Origin: Chloroflexota bacterium
Lineage (GTDB): Bacteria > Chloroflexota > Limnocylindria > Limnocylindrales > CSP1-4
Direction: 5' to 3'
Assembly (NCBI GenBank): GCA_044506615.1
Contig: JBIQKJ010000001.1
Coordinates: 218,434 to 282,433 of the forward strand
DNA length: 64,000 nucleotides
Each line of letters starts with the position of its first letter. The stretch's first letter is position 1. Positions 39,345 through 48,573 of the stretch are shown here, one piece after another. Both the position numbers and the translations under genes were made by a program. The notes beneath the pieces are model-generated. The model worked only from the letters and a program-made list of their open reading frames with translations, was not told the DNA's origin and made no database searches.

Positions 39345-40601
39345 GTGACCACGGGACGCCGCGTGGTCGTGACCGGCATGGGCATGGTGACCGCGCTCGG
39401 CAACGACGTGCCGACGACCTGGGCCGGCCTCATCGAGGGCCGTCCCGGCGTCCGCACGATCGAGGCCTTCGACCCCTCGCGCCTTGCGTCGCGGATCGCC
39501 GGCGAGGTCCGCGACTTCGACGCGAGCCACGTGCTCGAGCGCAAGGATCTCCGCCGCACCGACCGCTACATCCAGTTCGGGCTCGTCGCCGCGCGCGAGG
39601 CGATGGACCAGGCGGGCCTGCCGGCGCGGCTCGAGGGCGACCTCGCCGAGCGCACCGGGGTCATCCTCGGCACGGGCCTCGGCGGCGTCGGCACGCTGAT
39701 CGAGGGGTTCAGCACGAACGCGCTGCGCGGCCCCGATCGGATCAGCCCGTTCCTCGTCCCCATGGGCATCCCGAACGTCGGGTCGGGCCAGGTCGCGATC
39801 AGCTTCGGCATGACCGGCCCGAACTACACGACGGTCTCCGCGTGCGCGACCGGCGGTCATGCGCTCGGCGAGTCGGGCGAGATCATCCGGCGCGGCGACG
39901 CCGACATGATGATCGCCGGCGGCGCCGAGGCCGGGATCCACGAGGCGCTCGTCGGCGGGTTCGCGGCGATGCGCGCGCTGTCGACGCGCAACGACGACCC
40001 GGCCGGGGCGTCGCGGCCGTTCGACCAGGGACGCGACGGGTTCGTGATCGGCGAGGGGGCCGGGGTCGTCGTGCTCGAGGAGCTCGAGCACGCCCGGGCC
40101 CGCGGAGCCACGATCCTCGCGGAGCTCGCGGGCTACGGCGCCACCGCCGACGCGTCGCACATCACGCTCCCGGCCCCGGGCGGCATCGGCGCGGTCCGGG
40201 CGGCGCGGCGGGCGCTCGAGAAGGCCGGCCTCGCCCCCGGGGCGATCGAGCACGTCAACGCGCACGCGACGTCCACGCCGGAGGGCGACAAGGCGGAGCT
40301 CCAGGCGATGCGGACGTTGTTCGGGGACCACGTCCGGAACGTCTCGATCACCTCGAACAAGTCGATGCTCGGTCACACGCTCGGCGCGGCCGGCGCGATC
40401 GAGGCCATCGTGACGATCCTGTCGATGCGCGAAGGCTGCGTCCCCCCGACGATCAACCTCGACGACCCCGATCCGGCCGGCGAGGGCCTCGACCTCACGC
40501 CGAACCGGGCGACCCGCCGGGACATCCGGGCGGCGATCAGCAACTCGTTCGGGTTCGGGGGGCAGAACACCGCGCTCGTGTTCGCCCGGTGGGACGCATG
40601 A
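39345..40601 (+). CDS. fabF: 3-oxoacyl-ACP synthase II
   Basis: SACATG, HATST, GHTLGAAG and SNSFGFGG motifs. Confidence 0.95.
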   Translation: MTTGRRVVVTGMGMVTALGNDVPTTWAGLIEGRPGVRTIEAFDPSRLASRIAGEVRDFDASHVLERKDLRRTDRYIQFGLVAAREAMDQAGLPARLEGDLAERTGVILGTGLGGVGTLIEGFSTNALRGPDRISPFLVPMGIPNVGSGQVAISFGMTGPNYTTVSACATGGHALGESGEIIRRGDADMMIAGGAEAGIHEALVGGFAAMRALSTRNDDPAGASRPFDQGRDGFVIGEGAGVVVLEELEHARARGATILAELAGYGATADASHITLPAPGGIGAVRAARRALEKAGLAPGAIEHVNAHATSTPEGDKAELQAMRTLFGDHVRNVSITSNKSMLGHTLGAAGAIEAIVTILSMREGCVPPTINLDDPDPAGEGLDLTPNRATRRDIRAAISNSFGFGGQNTALVFARWDA

Positions 40602-41134
40602 CCGACGACGTGCGCCTCGATCCGGCTGACGCCGACGAGTCGCTCCAACCCGCGCCGCCGCCGGCCAACGGCGACGATCGAGCGTTGCTCGCACTGATCG
40701 ACCGCCTCGCGGTGCTGCTCGAGCGATCGGACCTGGTCGAGATCGAGGTGGAGGCCGGCGAGACCGGGCTCGTGCTGCGCAAGGCGGCCGCGCTGGCGGC
40801 GCCGGCGGTCGCATCGGGACCCGCTCCGGCCGCCGCGCTCCCGGCGGCGGCGGAGGACCTCGCCGGTCAGGGCGCGACGGACGCGCCGGCCGAGCGCCCG
40901 TCGGTGAAGGCCCCGCTGACCGGGATCTTCTACGGGTCGCCGGCGCCGGGCTCGGCCCCGTACGTGCAGGTCGGGGGCGAGGTCGCGGTCGGCCAGGTCA
41001 TCGGGCTGATCGAGGCGATGAAGCTGTTCAACGAGATCAAGTCGGACCTCGCCGGGCGGGTGGTCCGCGTCGTCGCCGAGAACGGGGCCCTCGTGAAGGC
41101 CCGTCAACCGCTCATCGAGGTCGAGCCGCTGTGA
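40598..41134 (+). CDS. accB: Biotin carboxyl carrier protein
   Basis: APLTGIFYGSPAP and intact IEAMKLFNEI. ATG 40598 overlaps the fabF stop. Confidence 0.92.
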   Translation: MTDDVRLDPADADESLQPAPPPANGDDRALLALIDRLAVLLERSDLVEIEVEAGETGLVLRKAAALAAPAVASGPAPAAALPAAAEDLAGQGATDAPAERPSVKAPLTGIFYGSPAPGSAPYVQVGGEVAVGQVIGLIEAMKLFNEIKSDLAGRVVRVVAENGALVKARQPLIEVEPL

Positions 41135-42324
41135 CCGAGCCCCGTTACGCGCACGTCACCGGCTGGGGCCGCTACGCCCCGGCCCAGGTCCTCACGAACG
41201 CCGATCTCGAGCGGATGGTCGACACGTCCGACGAATGGATCCGGACCCGCACGGGGATCCGCGAGCGACGCGTGGCGGCGGCCCACGAGACGACCGCATC
41301 GATGGGCGCGGTCGCGGGCCTGCGCGCGATCCGGACCGCCGGGCTCGACCCGGACGACATCGATCTGATCCTGCTCGCGACCCTGACGCCCGACTACTGG
41401 ATGCCGTCCACGGCGGCGCTCGTGAAGGAGGCGATCGGCAACACGCGGGCGGCGGCGATGGACGTCGCCGCCGCGTGCTCGGGCTTCGTGTATGCGTTCT
41501 CCACAGCCCAGGCGTACATCGCGAGCGGGCTCGCGAGGCACGTGCTCGTGATCGGATCGGAGCTGCTCACCCGGTTCCTCGACTACACCGACCGGAGCAC
41601 CTGCATCCTCTTCGGCGACGGGGCCGGCGCGGTCGTGCTGTCGGCGTCCGACCAGCCCGGCGGTGCGCTCGGGACCGAGCTGACGACCGAGCCGCAGGGG
41701 GCCTACATGATCTGGCTGCCTGCCGGCGGGGCGAAGGCGCCGCCCTCGCCGGGGACGATCGCGCGCGGCGAGCACTACATCCGGATGGAGGGGAACCAGA
41801 CCTACCGGTTCGCCACGAAGACGATGGCCACGACCGCGCTCGAGTCGATCCGCCGGTCGGGGATCGACCCCGCGGACGTCGAGCTGTTCATCCCGCACCA
41901 GGCCAACGTCCGGATCATCGAGGCGGTCGCCAAGGGGCTCGGGCTGCCGATGGACCGCATGTACGTGAACCTCGACCGGTACGGGAACACGTCGGCGGCA
42001 TCGGTGCCGATCGCGCTCGCCGAGGCCGTCAACGAGGGCCGCCTCTCGGTCGGCGACCACGTGACGCTCGTCGCCTTCGGGGCCGGCTTCACGTCCGGGG
42101 CGGTGACGATCCAGTGGACCGCCGACCCGGCTCGCGGTCGCGCCGGCGACGCGGCGGTCGACCCGGCCGACGTCCGGGTCCGGCTGCCGGTCGACTGGGA
42201 TTCGGTCGACCCGATCCCGGCGGCGCTCGCGGACCTGATGGCGCGGCCGGGGCCGGTCGACGTGCCGCTCGACGACGTCGTGCCGGGCGAGCCGGCGCGC
42301 GCCGGCGAGCCGGTCGGCCGATGA
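41131..42324 (+). CDS. fabH: 3-oxoacyl-ACP synthase III
   Basis: AACSGF, FGDGAGA, PHQAN and GNTSAAS motifs. Confidence 0.95.
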   Translation: MTEPRYAHVTGWGRYAPAQVLTNADLERMVDTSDEWIRTRTGIRERRVAAAHETTASMGAVAGLRAIRTAGLDPDDIDLILLATLTPDYWMPSTAALVKEAIGNTRAAAMDVAAACSGFVYAFSTAQAYIASGLARHVLVIGSELLTRFLDYTDRSTCILFGDGAGAVVLSASDQPGGALGTELTTEPQGAYMIWLPAGGAKAPPSPGTIARGEHYIRMEGNQTYRFATKTMATTALESIRRSGIDPADVELFIPHQANVRIIEAVAKGLGLPMDRMYVNLDRYGNTSAASVPIALAEAVNEGRLSVGDHVTLVAFGAGFTSGAVTIQWTADPARGRAGDAAVDPADVRVRLPVDWDSVDPIPAALADLMARPGPVDVPLDDVVPGEPARAGEPVGR

Positions 42325-42358
42325 GGATGGTCGCGAGCACCGACGCAGGAGGGGCGAC

Positions 42359-43108
42359 ATGATCGACCTGGCGGGCAAGAGCGCGCTGATCACCGGGGGT
42401 TCGCGCGGGATCGGGCGGGCGATCGCGCTGCGGCTCGCGGCCCAGGGCGCCGACATCGCGTTCAGCTACAAGGGCAACGAGGCCGCGGCGACGGCGACCG
42501 CCGGGGAGATCGAGGCGCTCGGTCGGAAGGCCGTGCCGATCCAGGGGGACGTCCGGGATCCCGAGTCGGCCGAGGCGGTCGTCAAGGGCGCGCTCGAGGC
42601 GTTCGGGAAGATCGACATCCTCGTCAACAACGCCGGGATCACCCGCGACGACCTGATCATGCGGATGACGCCCGAGGCCTGGCGCGACGTGCTCGAGACA
42701 AACCTGTTCGGGGCGTTCTGGACGACCAAGGCCGTCACCAGGCCGATGCTCAAGGCCAAGGGCGGGCGGATCGTCAACATCACCTCGGTGTCCGGGCAGG
42801 CCGGGCAGATGGGCCAGGCGAACTACTCGTCGGCGAAGGCCGGGCTGATCGGCCTGACGAAGGCGACTGCCCGCGAGCTCGCTTCGCGCGGCATCACCTG
42901 CAACGCCGTCGCGCCGGGCTTCGTCCTGACCGAGCTGACCGAGAGCTTGCCGGAGGACCTGAAGGCACAGCTGATCGAGCGGACGCCGCTCGGGCGGTTC
43001 GGGACGGTCGAGGAGATCGCGGCGGCCGTCGCGTTCCTCGCCAGCGACGAGGCCTCGTACATCACCGGCCAGGTGCTGGCGGTGGACGGCGGCCTGGTCA
43101 TGATGTAG
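42359..43108 (+). CDS. fabG: 3-oxoacyl-ACP reductase
   Basis: TGGSRGIG, NNAGITRD and GQANYSSAKAG motifs. Confidence 0.93.
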   Translation: MIDLAGKSALITGGSRGIGRAIALRLAAQGADIAFSYKGNEAAATATAGEIEALGRKAVPIQGDVRDPESAEAVVKGALEAFGKIDILVNNAGITRDDLIMRMTPEAWRDVLETNLFGAFWTTKAVTRPMLKAKGGRIVNITSVSGQAGQMGQANYSSAKAGLIGLTKATARELASRGITCNAVAPGFVLTELTESLPEDLKAQLIERTPLGRFGTVEEIAAAVAFLASDEASYITGQVLAVDGGLVMM

Positions 43109-43163
43109 GACACCGACGAGCGTCCATTCCGTCGGCGCAGGTCGGCGGGTGTAGCCTCGACCC

Positions 43164-44639
43164 ATGCGCATCGAACAGTTCGTCATCGAGGGCCTCGGTC
43201 ACCTCTCGACGCTGATCTCCGACGACGATGCGGGTGCCGCGGCGGTCGTCGACCCTCGCCGCGACGTCGACGTCTACCTGGCCGCTGCGCGGGCCCGCGA
43301 CCTGCGGATCACCCATGTCGTCGAGACGCACCTGCACAACGACTACGTCTCCGGCGGTCGCGAGCTCGCGGCGCTGACCGGCGCGGCGCACGTCATCGGG
43401 ACCGGCGCCGAGCTGCGCTACGAGCACCGCGGTGTGCGCGACGGGGAGTCGTTCGACGTCGGCGGGCTGCGGTTCCGGGCGCTCCACACGCCGGGGCACA
43501 CCCCGGAGCACATGAGCTACACGGTCGCCGACACGGCGCGGGCGGACGAACCGGCCGTCGCCTTCACCGGCGGGTCGCTGCTGGTCGGCGCGGTCGGGCG
43601 GACCGACCTGCTCGGCGCGGAGCACGCGATCCCGTATGCCGCCGACATGCATCGCTCGCTCCACGAGGTCCTGCTCCGCCAGGAGGACTTCGTCGGCGTC
43701 TACCCGACCCACGGGGCGGGATCGCTGTGCTCGACCGGCATCGCCGCGACACCGTTCTCGACCATCGGGTACGAGCGCCGGCACAACCGGCTCCTGCGCC
43801 CGATGGACGTCGACGCGTTCGCGCGCGCGCTCCTGCGCGACCAGCCGGCGTTCCCGCGCTACTTCGCACGGATGCGTCCGATGAACCAGGGCGGACCGGC
43901 GCTCCTCGGGGGCGTGGTGCCCGCGCCGCCGCCGCTGCCGGTGGAGGCCGTCCGCGACGCGATGGACGGCGGCGCGCTCGTCGTCGACGCCCGGGTCCCG
44001 CCGGCGCACGCGCTCTCGCACGTTCCGGGCAGCCTTTCGATCCCGGTCGGCAGCTCGTTCGGCACGTGGCTCGGCTGGGTCGTGCCGCACGACCGCCCGA
44101 TCGTCCTCGTCCTCCAGGACCCGTCCGACGCCGACGACCTCGTGCGGCAGGCGCTGCGGATCGGGCACGAGTCGATCGCCGGGTATCTCCAAGGCGGGTT
44201 CCGCTCGTGGATGGAGGCGGGCCTGCCGATCGAGTCGACGGGACGCATCACGGTCGACGACCTGGCCGCGGCGCTCGGCGCGGACGATGCCCGCGCACGC
44301 GACGACGCCCCGTTCGTCCTCGACGTCCGCCAGGCCCGGGAGTACGTCTCCGGGCACGTGCCGGGGGCCGTCCACCTGACCGCGGGCGACCTGCCGGACC
44401 GCCTGACCGAGCTGCCCCGATCCCGACCGATCGCGGTCATGTGCGCGTCGGGCTACCGATCGTCGGTAGCAGCGTCGATGCTCCGGAGCGCCGGCTTCGA
44501 GGACGTCTCGTGGGTGGCAGACGGCGTGCCCGCCTGGAAGGCCGCGGGCTTCGACGTCGAGCGCGGCGAGGGCGATGCCGACCCGGACGCCGAGGACCAG
44601 CCGGCCGCCGCGGTGTCCGCGCCCTCCCACCCGCAGTAG
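43164..44639 (+). CDS. MBL-fold/rhodanese fusion (CstB-like persulfide dioxygenase-sulfurtransferase)
   Basis: ETHLHNDY, PGHTPEH and HGAGSLC; a Cys-less rhodanese followed by a CASGYRS rhodanese. Confidence 0.85.
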   Translation: MRIEQFVIEGLGHLSTLISDDDAGAAAVVDPRRDVDVYLAAARARDLRITHVVETHLHNDYVSGGRELAALTGAAHVIGTGAELRYEHRGVRDGESFDVGGLRFRALHTPGHTPEHMSYTVADTARADEPAVAFTGGSLLVGAVGRTDLLGAEHAIPYAADMHRSLHEVLLRQEDFVGVYPTHGAGSLCSTGIAATPFSTIGYERRHNRLLRPMDVDAFARALLRDQPAFPRYFARMRPMNQGGPALLGGVVPAPPPLPVEAVRDAMDGGALVVDARVPPAHALSHVPGSLSIPVGSSFGTWLGWVVPHDRPIVLVLQDPSDADDLVRQALRIGHESIAGYLQGGFRSWMEAGLPIESTGRITVDDLAAALGADDARARDDAPFVLDVRQAREYVSGHVPGAVHLTAGDLPDRLTELPRSRPIAVMCASGYRSSVAASMLRSAGFEDVSWVADGVPAWKAAGFDVERGEGDADPDAEDQPAAAVSAPSHPQ

Positions 44640-44728
44640 CGAGGAGCGCTCCCCGTACCGGAGTACCACGCCGACCGGGTACTGTTCGGCTACCGCCCGC
44701 GGTGCCGCGCGGTGGGACGATCACCGCC

Positions 44729-46927
44729 GTGAGCTCGCCGACCAGCGAGCGTCTCGCCTCCGCCGGCCAGCCTCGATCGGAGACGGACGCTCCTCGCCGG
44801 AACCCCGTGATGCCGTCGCTCCTGCGCCGGCTGTCCGGGCGCGACCACGACCGGGGGACGCTCGCCCGGGACGATGCGCTCGATGCCGCCGCCGAGCTCA
44901 CGGTCCATCTCGACACCGTGCTCGAGATCGCCGAGCGGCTCGCCTCCTCGCACGACCGTGCCGAGCTGTTCCACCTTATCGTCGACGAGGCGAAGCGGGC
45001 GCTGCGCGCAGATGCCGTGACGATCCGGATCCTGCGCGAAGACGGGCGCCTCGAGGTGACCGCCTGGGCGGGGCTCACCGACGAGGTCGCGAGCAGGCTG
45101 CCCGTCTTCCGGCAGGACGAGGGCTGGATCGGCGAGGTCCTCCGGACCCGCCGGCCGATCGCGGTTCGAGACGTCCGGCGCGAGGGGCTGGCGGGCCTCG
45201 ACCGGTACGACGGTGTGCTCCGCATCGCGGGCGACCTCGTCGCGCCGCTGATCCACCACGACCGGCCGATCGGCGCGCTGTCGGTCGCGACCTTCGAGCC
45301 GCGCGACTGGACCGCGCGCGACCTCGCCTTCATCACGACCCTTGCGACGCACGCCTCCGTGGCGCTCGCGAACGCGGAGCTCTTCGAGCAGACCGAGCGG
45401 CGCGCGGCGCAGCTCGCGGTCCTGCAGTCGGCGTCGGCGCGGATGAGCCGGGCGACGACGATCGAGGAGGTCGGTCGCGCGCTCGTCGAGGAGACGCGCC
45501 GGATCATCGACTACCACAACGCCCGGGTGTACCTGATCGAGCCGCCCGACGACGTCGTGCCGATTGCCTTCGAGGGCCGGGTCGGCGCGTATGAGCGGGT
45601 CGACCTGCGACTGCTTCGGTGCCGGCTGGGGGAGGGGTTCACGGGCTGGGTCGCGCTGCACGGCGAGCCGTTGCTGATCGACGACGCGAACGCGGACTCG
45701 CGGGGCGTGTCGATCGACGGCACCGACGAGATCGACGAATCGATGCTGGTGGTGCCGATGCGCAAGGACGGGGCGACCGTCGGCGTGATCACGCTGTCGA
45801 AGCTCGGGCTGGGGCAGTTCGGCCCGGAGGATCTGCGGCTGCTGTCGATCCTCGCGGATCAGGCCGCGACCGCGCTCGAATCCGTCCGGCTGCTTGCCCG
45901 CACGCGCGACCTCGCCGGCGAGCTCCAGCGACTGCTCGACATGTCGAGCGATCTGTCGGCGAGCCTCGACTCGCGCGAGGTCGCCGATCTCATCGCCCGC
46001 CACCTCGCCCTTGCCCTCGCGGTCGACGAGTGCGCGGTCAGCTACTGGGACAAGCCGAACGAGCGCGTGCTGTCGCTCGGGTACTACCCGGCGCTGCGGA
46101 TCGACGAGCTCGAGCCGTGGTTCGACGTCGCCGGCTACCCGCAGACGCTGCGCGTTCTCGAACGCCACGAGATCGCGATCGTGGACGCCGAGGACCCGGC
46201 AGCCGACCCGGCCGAGGTCGCGCTGCTGCGGCGCGACGGCAACCGGGCGCTGGCGATGCTCCCGCTCGTCGCGAAGGGCGAGGCGATCGGGCTCGTCGAG
46301 CTGTTCTCGAAGACGCCCGTCGCCTGGGACGAGGGGCGCCTCCGGTTCGCCCAGACGATGGCCAACGAGGCGGGCATGGCGCTCGAGAACGCCCGGCTCT
46401 ACGAGGCCGCCCGGAACCTGGCCGACCGCGACCCGCTGACCGGCTTCTACAACCACCGGTTCCTGCACGAGCGTCTCGGCGAGGAGGTCGTCCGTGCCCA
46501 GCGCGCACGACGGCCGCTGAGCATGCTCATGCTCGACCTCGACGACTTCAAGCTCGTGAACGACACGTTCGGTCACCTGTTCGGCGACCGCGTCCTCACG
46601 TTCACCGCCGACCTGATCCGGTCGACGCTGCGCGCGTCCGACATCCCGGCGCGCTACGGCGGGGACGAGTTCGCGATCCTCCTGCCCGAGACCGACCGGG
46701 ACGAGGCGTGCAGCGCGGCGGAGCGAATCCTGGCGGCGTTCCGCGACCGACCGTTCGTCGGGGAGCAGCGCGGTCCCGTGCCGATCGCGGCCTCGATCGG
46801 GGTCGCCACGTACCCGGCCGACGGGCGCACGCCGACCGAGCTGATCGCCGCAGCCGACGAGGCGCTCTACCGGGTGAAGCGCGACGGGGGCCGTGACGCC
46901 GCGACGGGGTCGGGCGAGGCGGCGTAG
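44729..46927 (+). CDS. Diguanylate cyclase with three GAF domains
   Basis: GAF repeats, DPLTG, RASD I-site and GGDEF. Start at 44729 or 44810. Confidence 0.9.
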   Translation: MSSPTSERLASAGQPRSETDAPRRNPVMPSLLRRLSGRDHDRGTLARDDALDAAAELTVHLDTVLEIAERLASSHDRAELFHLIVDEAKRALRADAVTIRILREDGRLEVTAWAGLTDEVASRLPVFRQDEGWIGEVLRTRRPIAVRDVRREGLAGLDRYDGVLRIAGDLVAPLIHHDRPIGALSVATFEPRDWTARDLAFITTLATHASVALANAELFEQTERRAAQLAVLQSASARMSRATTIEEVGRALVEETRRIIDYHNARVYLIEPPDDVVPIAFEGRVGAYERVDLRLLRCRLGEGFTGWVALHGEPLLIDDANADSRGVSIDGTDEIDESMLVVPMRKDGATVGVITLSKLGLGQFGPEDLRLLSILADQAATALESVRLLARTRDLAGELQRLLDMSSDLSASLDSREVADLIARHLALALAVDECAVSYWDKPNERVLSLGYYPALRIDELEPWFDVAGYPQTLRVLERHEIAIVDAEDPAADPAEVALLRRDGNRALAMLPLVAKGEAIGLVELFSKTPVAWDEGRLRFAQTMANEAGMALENARLYEAARNLADRDPLTGFYNHRFLHERLGEEVVRAQRARRPLSMLMLDLDDFKLVNDTFGHLFGDRVLTFTADLIRSTLRASDIPARYGGDEFAILLPETDRDEACSAAERILAAFRDRPFVGEQRGPVPIAASIGVATYPADGRTPTELIAAADEALYRVKRDGGRDAATGSGEAA

Positions 46928-47094
46928 GCGCGGCGGCGGAGGCGCGGACCCTCGTCCGGGCCGGTGCGCGGCGGTACGGAAGTACCACCCGGCGGGATTC
47001 GGGAGTACCACGCGGGGGAGTGGACGGCGAGCACCCCGAACCGGCATGCTCACCACCGAACGTGAGCCAACCCATCCGGAAGCCCGAACGGCCG

Positions 47095-48465
47095 ATGGAC
47101 CAGCCCGATCCCCGGATCCGGCGGTCCTGGTGGATGCTCTCCGGAACGTTCTCGCTGCTCGGTGCGGTCGTGCTGCTGCGCGTCCTCATCGGCGGGGAGC
47201 GGCCGGTCGACTGGCTGACCGCCGCCCTCGTGGCCGTCGCGGGCGTCGCCGCGATCCAGCACCGCAACGCGGTCGCCTCGCTCGAGGCCGGCCGGCGCAG
47301 CGAGGCCGAGTCGTTCGCCCGCATCCTGCGCGGGCTGTCGCGTTCGGTGTCGCCCGACGCGATCGTCGACGCGATCGTGGCCGAGCTGGCCGACTCGACG
47401 GGCGCGGACCACGTCGTGGTCGTTCGTCGTCGGCCCGACGAGCGGCGGCTCGAGGCGACGCTCGTCAACGCCCGTCCGGGCGTGCCGAACTCGACGACGC
47501 TCCTGCCGCTGTCGGACCTCGAGGATCCCGTGGCGCCCGACGACCGGCGTCGCGAGGTGGGCGCCCTGGTGGGGATCCCGATCGAGCCGGTGTTCGCCGC
47601 CGCTGCGGTGGCCCCCGGCTCCCGAGCCGACGGTGGCGGGGTCGCCACGCTCCGCTCGCCGGGGGAGGAGCCTGCGCCAGGAGGCCTCGGGACGGCGGGC
47701 GGTCGGGCGGCCAGGTCGGCCGGGGCCTCCCGCCCGGACGCCGAGACGCGGGCCTTGCTCGTGGCCGATCGCATCGCCGAGCGCGTCCGCCGCGTCTACG
47801 GCCTGCGCGACGTCATTGCGGCGCCGCTCGTCAGCGACGGCGCCGTCCTCGGCGCGATCGTGCTCTCGCGCCGGGTCGCCGATCCGTGGCCCGAGACCGC
47901 GCGCCGGCTGCTCGTCGGGGCCGCGCACGAGGCCTCGGCCGCGCTGTCGCGGGCGTACTCGCACCGCGCGGCGGAGCAGCAAGCCTCGACGGACGCCCTG
48001 ACCGGTCTTCCGAACCGCCGCTACTTCGACGAGTTCTGCGGTCTCCTCGCCCGGCGCCGGCGTGCCGACGACGCGGTCGGCGTGCTGATGGTCGACATCG
48101 ACCACTTCAAGCGGCTCAACGACACGTACGGGCACGCGACCGGCGACGAGGTCCTGCGGGCCGTCGGTGGGGCGATCGTCTCGGCGGTCCGCGAGGACGA
48201 CGTCCCGGCCCGGTTCGGGGGCGAGGAGTTCGTCGTGCTGCTGCGCAACCCGGGTCACGGTGTCGCGCTCGAGGTCGGCGAGCGCGTCCGTCAGGCCGTC
48301 GCGTCCCTCGACCTGTCCGCCGCCCGCGTGCCGCCGATCTCGGTCTCGGTCGGCGTGGCGGTCGCGGAGGCGCCCGACGAGCCGATCGACGGGCTCATCG
48401 AGCGTGCCGACGCGGCGCTGTACCGGGCGAAGCGCGCGGGGCGCGACCGGGTGGTCGCGGCCTGA
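47095..48465 (+). CDS. Membrane GAF-GGDEF diguanylate cyclase
   Basis: Two N-terminal TM helices, DALTG, REDD I-site and GGEEF. Confidence 0.88.
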   Translation: MDQPDPRIRRSWWMLSGTFSLLGAVVLLRVLIGGERPVDWLTAALVAVAGVAAIQHRNAVASLEAGRRSEAESFARILRGLSRSVSPDAIVDAIVAELADSTGADHVVVVRRRPDERRLEATLVNARPGVPNSTTLLPLSDLEDPVAPDDRRREVGALVGIPIEPVFAAAAVAPGSRADGGGVATLRSPGEEPAPGGLGTAGGRAARSAGASRPDAETRALLVADRIAERVRRVYGLRDVIAAPLVSDGAVLGAIVLSRRVADPWPETARRLLVGAAHEASAALSRAYSHRAAEQQASTDALTGLPNRRYFDEFCGLLARRRRADDAVGVLMVDIDHFKRLNDTYGHATGDEVLRAVGGAIVSAVREDDVPARFGGEEFVVLLRNPGHGVALEVGERVRQAVASLDLSAARVPPISVSVGVAVAEAPDEPIDGLIERADAALYRAKRAGRDRVVAA

Positions 48466-48573
48466 CCGTCGGGTCGGCCGGCCGGCTGACGGCCGGCGGG
48501 CCGGTCGAGCGGGGCGTTGCGTCGCCGGCGCGCGTGGGCCTGCCGCATCCCGGCGTCGCGCTACCATCGCGGG

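Noticed and set aside
43727-44728. N-terminal extension of the GGDEF ORF
   Set aside because: It is an out-of-frame overlap with the MBL/rhodanese gene.
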